Shown: positions 60,860-64,000 of the stretch, piece by piece
Layout of the letters: each line of letters opens with the position of its first letter
Position numbering within the stretch: the stretch's first letter is position 1
Made by a program: the position numbers and the translations under genes
The notes under the pieces: model-generated
What the model was told of the DNA's origin: nothing
Databases searched by the model: none
Seen by the model: the letters and a program-made list of their open reading frames with translations, nothing else
Source: Vicugna vicugna
Taxonomy: Eukaryota
Direction of reading: 5' to 3'
DNA length: 64,000 bases
Assembly (NCBI GenBank): GCA_013265495.1
Contig: MU058687.1
Span: forward strand, 2,668,001 to 2,732,000

Positions 60860-61800
60860 AACAAGTATTTATCCAGCGCATTCCTTTCCAGGCTTCAAGG
60901 AAGCAGTGGTTGCGACCAGGGAAAGGTTCCTGCACACACAGCTTCTAGAAGCCTGGTGATGCAGAGGCACAATCAAGCTATTAGAAACAGTGCACAGAGA
61001 CTCTGTGGCTTGATCCATGGTGCGACTGAGCCATGGAGAGGCACACCTAAGCCATCCTGGGGGTCTGCACTGAGGCCGGAAGGACTTGGTGTTGGCCATT
61101 AGCCAGATGAAGGAGGGGAGGAGCCGTTCCTGGCCAAGGGAACAGCCTGTGAGTGGTGCCATCTCTGGTGAGGCTGGCTGGAGCCCACAGAGTTGGGGGT
61201 AGGGCGAGGAGCTGGGGTCCCCAAAGGCAGGAAGGAGGCAGATCTAAAAGAACCTTGGTGGGGAGGGTATAGTTCATTGGTAGACTGTGTGCTTAGCATG
61301 CATGAGGTCCTCGGTTCAATCCCCAGTACTGACATTAAAATAAATAAGTAAATAAATCTAGCTACCCGCCCCAAACAGACAAACAAAAATAAATAAACAA
61401 ATAAAAGAACCTTGAGCATCTGCTAAGCCATTTAGATTCAGGTCTGAGGGTGATGGGGAGCCAATGAAGGGTCTTAAACCAGAGTGACATAATTGCACAG
61501 AACAGGGTTAGAGGACAAGACCAGATACACAGAGCAGTCAGGAGGTGGCAGCTGCAATGGGAGAAGTGGATGGATGTGAGAGATACTGATGATGCAGGGT
61601 TGATTAGCTACGGAGGTTTGGGAAGGGAATCAGGTAGAGGTGACCCACAGCTTCTGCATAAAGGGTGTTCCTCTCTGTTTCCTACAGGGGGAACAAGTTG
61701 GAGGTGGTGGGGGTTGAGGGGGATGACAAGGTTCTTTTGGACAGGATGAATTCTGCGTGTCCACAGGACACTAAGACATTGGCTACAGTCCTCTGTGCCC
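60860..61800 (-). mobile_element. L2 fragment, interrupted by a SINE
   Basis: caacaagtatttatcc..gttggccattagccagatgaagg..ggcagatct[SINE]..tgatggggagccaatgaagggtcttaa..gagaagtggatggatgtgagagata..gttcttttggacaggatgaatt. Confidence 0.7.
61258..61401 (+). mobile_element. tRNA-Ala-derived SINE (camelid Vic-1-like)
   Basis: ggggagggtatagttcattggtagactgtgtgcttagcatgcatgaggtcctcggttcaatccccagtac plus (taaa)n tail. Perfect 13-bp TSD taaaagaaccttg at 61245-61257 and 61402-61414. Confidence 0.92.
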
Positions 61801-63040
61801 TTGAAGAGGTGCCCGGGGCAGAGTTCTAGACAGGACACTGCCTACACACGGTGGTAACAGAAGGCAGGGAGGGGTGGCAGGAGAAGACATGAAGATGGGA
61901 AGGCCTCCAGGAGAGGTGCTGCGGGCAGAGAATGACACCAGCAAAGGACCAGAGAAGGGGAGGCAGAAGGGAGAGGAGGACAACTCAGGGTGGGACAGAG
62001 GAAACCTGATGCTTCCAGGGGAGAGATGTGGCCCTGGGGTGGCGTGCTGCTGAGGGCGCAGATAAGATGAGGCCAGCAAAGTTTGCATGAGATGGAGGGA
62101 CGTTTGAAAGCAGTAGTGAGAGCAGTTTCGGTGGTGGTGGTAGAGGGAGAGTGACAGAAAGCAGTTTGGTTTTGAGGCTGGTCGTGGCGGGTAAGGAGGG
62201 GAGCAGCCCGAGGCCAGGCCAGCTCAGCAGGGCCTGCTAGGCCCCAGATAGCCTCTTCACCTTCTGGTAAAATGTTCTTTAAAGGTCTTTATGTTTCTTA
62301 AGAGATTATTTCTGATTTTGTGCCCAAATCTGCTACCCCTGGGGGCCACACGGAACAGGACCTGTCCTTGCCCCATCCCATTCCAGAGCCAGTCCCGGAA
62401 GTATTTACCCACAACACTCCTCCCTCCCCGCACCCTCCCCTAGTCTCCTCTTCCCCAGATTAAACACTTCCCTTTCTCTGCAGTCTTCTCTCTCCAATTT
62501 GAAGCCCATTTCTGCCTCAGTCACTCTCCTCAGACCACAACCAGTTTGTTGGCTCTTCGAGTCATGCCCAGATCCAAACACCGCCCACTTGGGTATGTTC
62601 TGCCAGCATGCAGGGTGGGACCACCACTTCCCTCTTCTGAGAGGCCACTTTCTGTAAAGTTGTCTCTCCCGTGGCTGCACTAACCTCAATCATACAATGA
62701 ACTCTAAGACTGAAGAGAATCTGAGATTCTTTAAGACCTAGACTGGAGTTCAATGTCTTAATTTTATAGAGACAGAAACTGAGGACAGCCACCGAGCTAG
62801 AGACTGTCAGATGCACAGTCAGAGCCACGGGCCCACACAGTGGGCATGGCCAGCAATGGCCCAGGGTAAGCTTGTAGCCATGGTTGTGGCGGCAGCAGCA
62901 GTGGTGACAGGGTGTGGGACAGCCTGTCACTAAGCGTGTCAATGGGAGCATAGACCAGAAGAAACATTTTGGGGCTGTATCAAAAAGAATTCTATATGAC
63001 AAAAATATAAGGCTGTTTACAGATAAACGTTTAAGGAGGT

Positions 63041-63510
63041 TGTATCAGAGACAGCTAATCAGTCCATAATACACTTTCTCCTCCTCTTCTTTTAGCAATA
63101 GGGCCCCCAACTTTTAGTGGGACCCACCCTACTCAATGTAAAGATCTTACCTCCAGCTTCCCCTGTATTTAGGTATGGCCATGTGATCAAGTTCTGGCCA
63201 GAGGGTGTGAGCAAAAGTGATGTGCAACTTTGGGTTTTGTGCTTAGAGGTAAGGGGTCCTCCATTTTCTCTCTCCTCCACTTCCGATGGCTAGAATGTGG
63301 ACCAGAAGATACAGTGTTGAGTCTTCTTCAACCATGTAGACAAGGGCATCAAGATAAAGGGAATCTGCATTTCTGACAGAGCAGAACCACCCTGTCAACC
63401 TTGAACTGCTTAAATACTTACTGGAACTGGAGAGAGAATTTCTGTCTTATTTAGGCACCTGTTATTGTGGGTCTTTGTTAAAGAAACTGAGCTATATACT
63501 AACTAATACA
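63041..63510 (+). mobile_element. MLT1I/J-type MaLR solo LTR
   Basis: tgtatcagagacag..ttaggtatggccatgtgatcaagttctggcca..gcaaaagtgatgtgcaactt..gggtctttgtta..ctaactaataca. Confidence 0.85.
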
Positions 63511-63721
63511 GACATTCATTTCAACATTGTTTATAAGTTTGGATTTTTTTAATGGAAACACCTAAATGTCCATTATAGAGAGTGAGTAAAGGAGTCATGG
63601 AAACACCATACAATTAAGTACATGAAGTCATTAAAAAAAGAATGAAGTAGATATATGTACACTGACCTGGAACAATGTTCCTGACAGAATATTAAAATAA
63701 AAAATGCAAGTGATGGGACAA
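63511..63721 (+). mobile_element. L1ME-type fragment
   Basis: cattgtttataa..tggaaacacctaaatgtccatta..cattaaaaaaagaatgaagtagatatatgtacactgacctggaa. Confidence 0.8.
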
Positions 63722-64000
63722 TGTAGAAGATGCTGTGGTTTGCTGGGTTTCCAGGGACAAGTCACATCCTCCTTCTCCTGTAGAAGCTACAGAGGATACA
63801 TTCTGCCTTGCCTTGGATGATATGGTTTGAGGATGGAGGTCTAAAACGGTGGCAGCCTTTTTGTTCCATCAGGGAAGACCCTAAAGTTGGAGAAGTGGGG
63901 AGGGGAGCAAATGCTGAGTGGAGCCTAAAGAGAAAGTCAACATATCAAAGGACAGAAATGAGACAGAGAACCAGGTCTTCGGGAACACAGTGTTTCGATC
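63722..64000 (+). mobile_element. Old MaLR LTR (MLT1-type), runs off the window
   Basis: tgtagaagatgctgtggttt..aggatggaggtctaaaacggtggcagcc..gaaagtcaacat..gagacagagaaccaggtc. Confidence 0.55.

Noticed and set aside
1..64000. Known miRNA, snRNA or snoRNA genes, and the host gene identity
   Set aside because: No mature sequence or exon that I could recognise by eye. An Rfam/miRBase scan and genome BLAST are needed, so absence is not proven.

Overview
This is non-coding mammalian genomic DNA, GC-rich and dense in interspersed repeats. It is most likely from a camelid (alpaca, llama or camel), judged from two tRNA-Ala-derived SINEs resembling Vic-1. I found no protein-coding exon, RNA gene or CRISPR-like array that I can support. 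The supplied ORFs are GC-rich or low-complexity shadow frames, apart from L1 ORF2 remnants. The window reads as an intron or intergenic regulatory domain, and I could not identify the host gene. Ancient repeats (L2, MIR, L3/CR1, HAL1, L1ME, MLT1/ERVL LTRs, hAT and Tigger MITEs) are interleaved with younger L1 and SINE insertions that keep their target-site duplications (TSDs). The most notable signals are: (i) a statistically striking cluster of near-perfect RFX X-boxes between about 31 and 53 kb, some in tandem pairs; (ii) an L1 3' transduction at 8.5-9.0 kb; (iii) an exact 84-bp templated copy inserted into an old LTR; (iv) compact enhancer-like modules (MEF2/TEAD/GATA at 46.3 kb, a perfect T-MARE at 56.7 kb) and an orphan CpG/GC-box promoter-like patch at 28.3 kb. 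I see no evidence of a new multi-gene system. Repeat family names come from recalled consensus sequences and boundaries are approximate.
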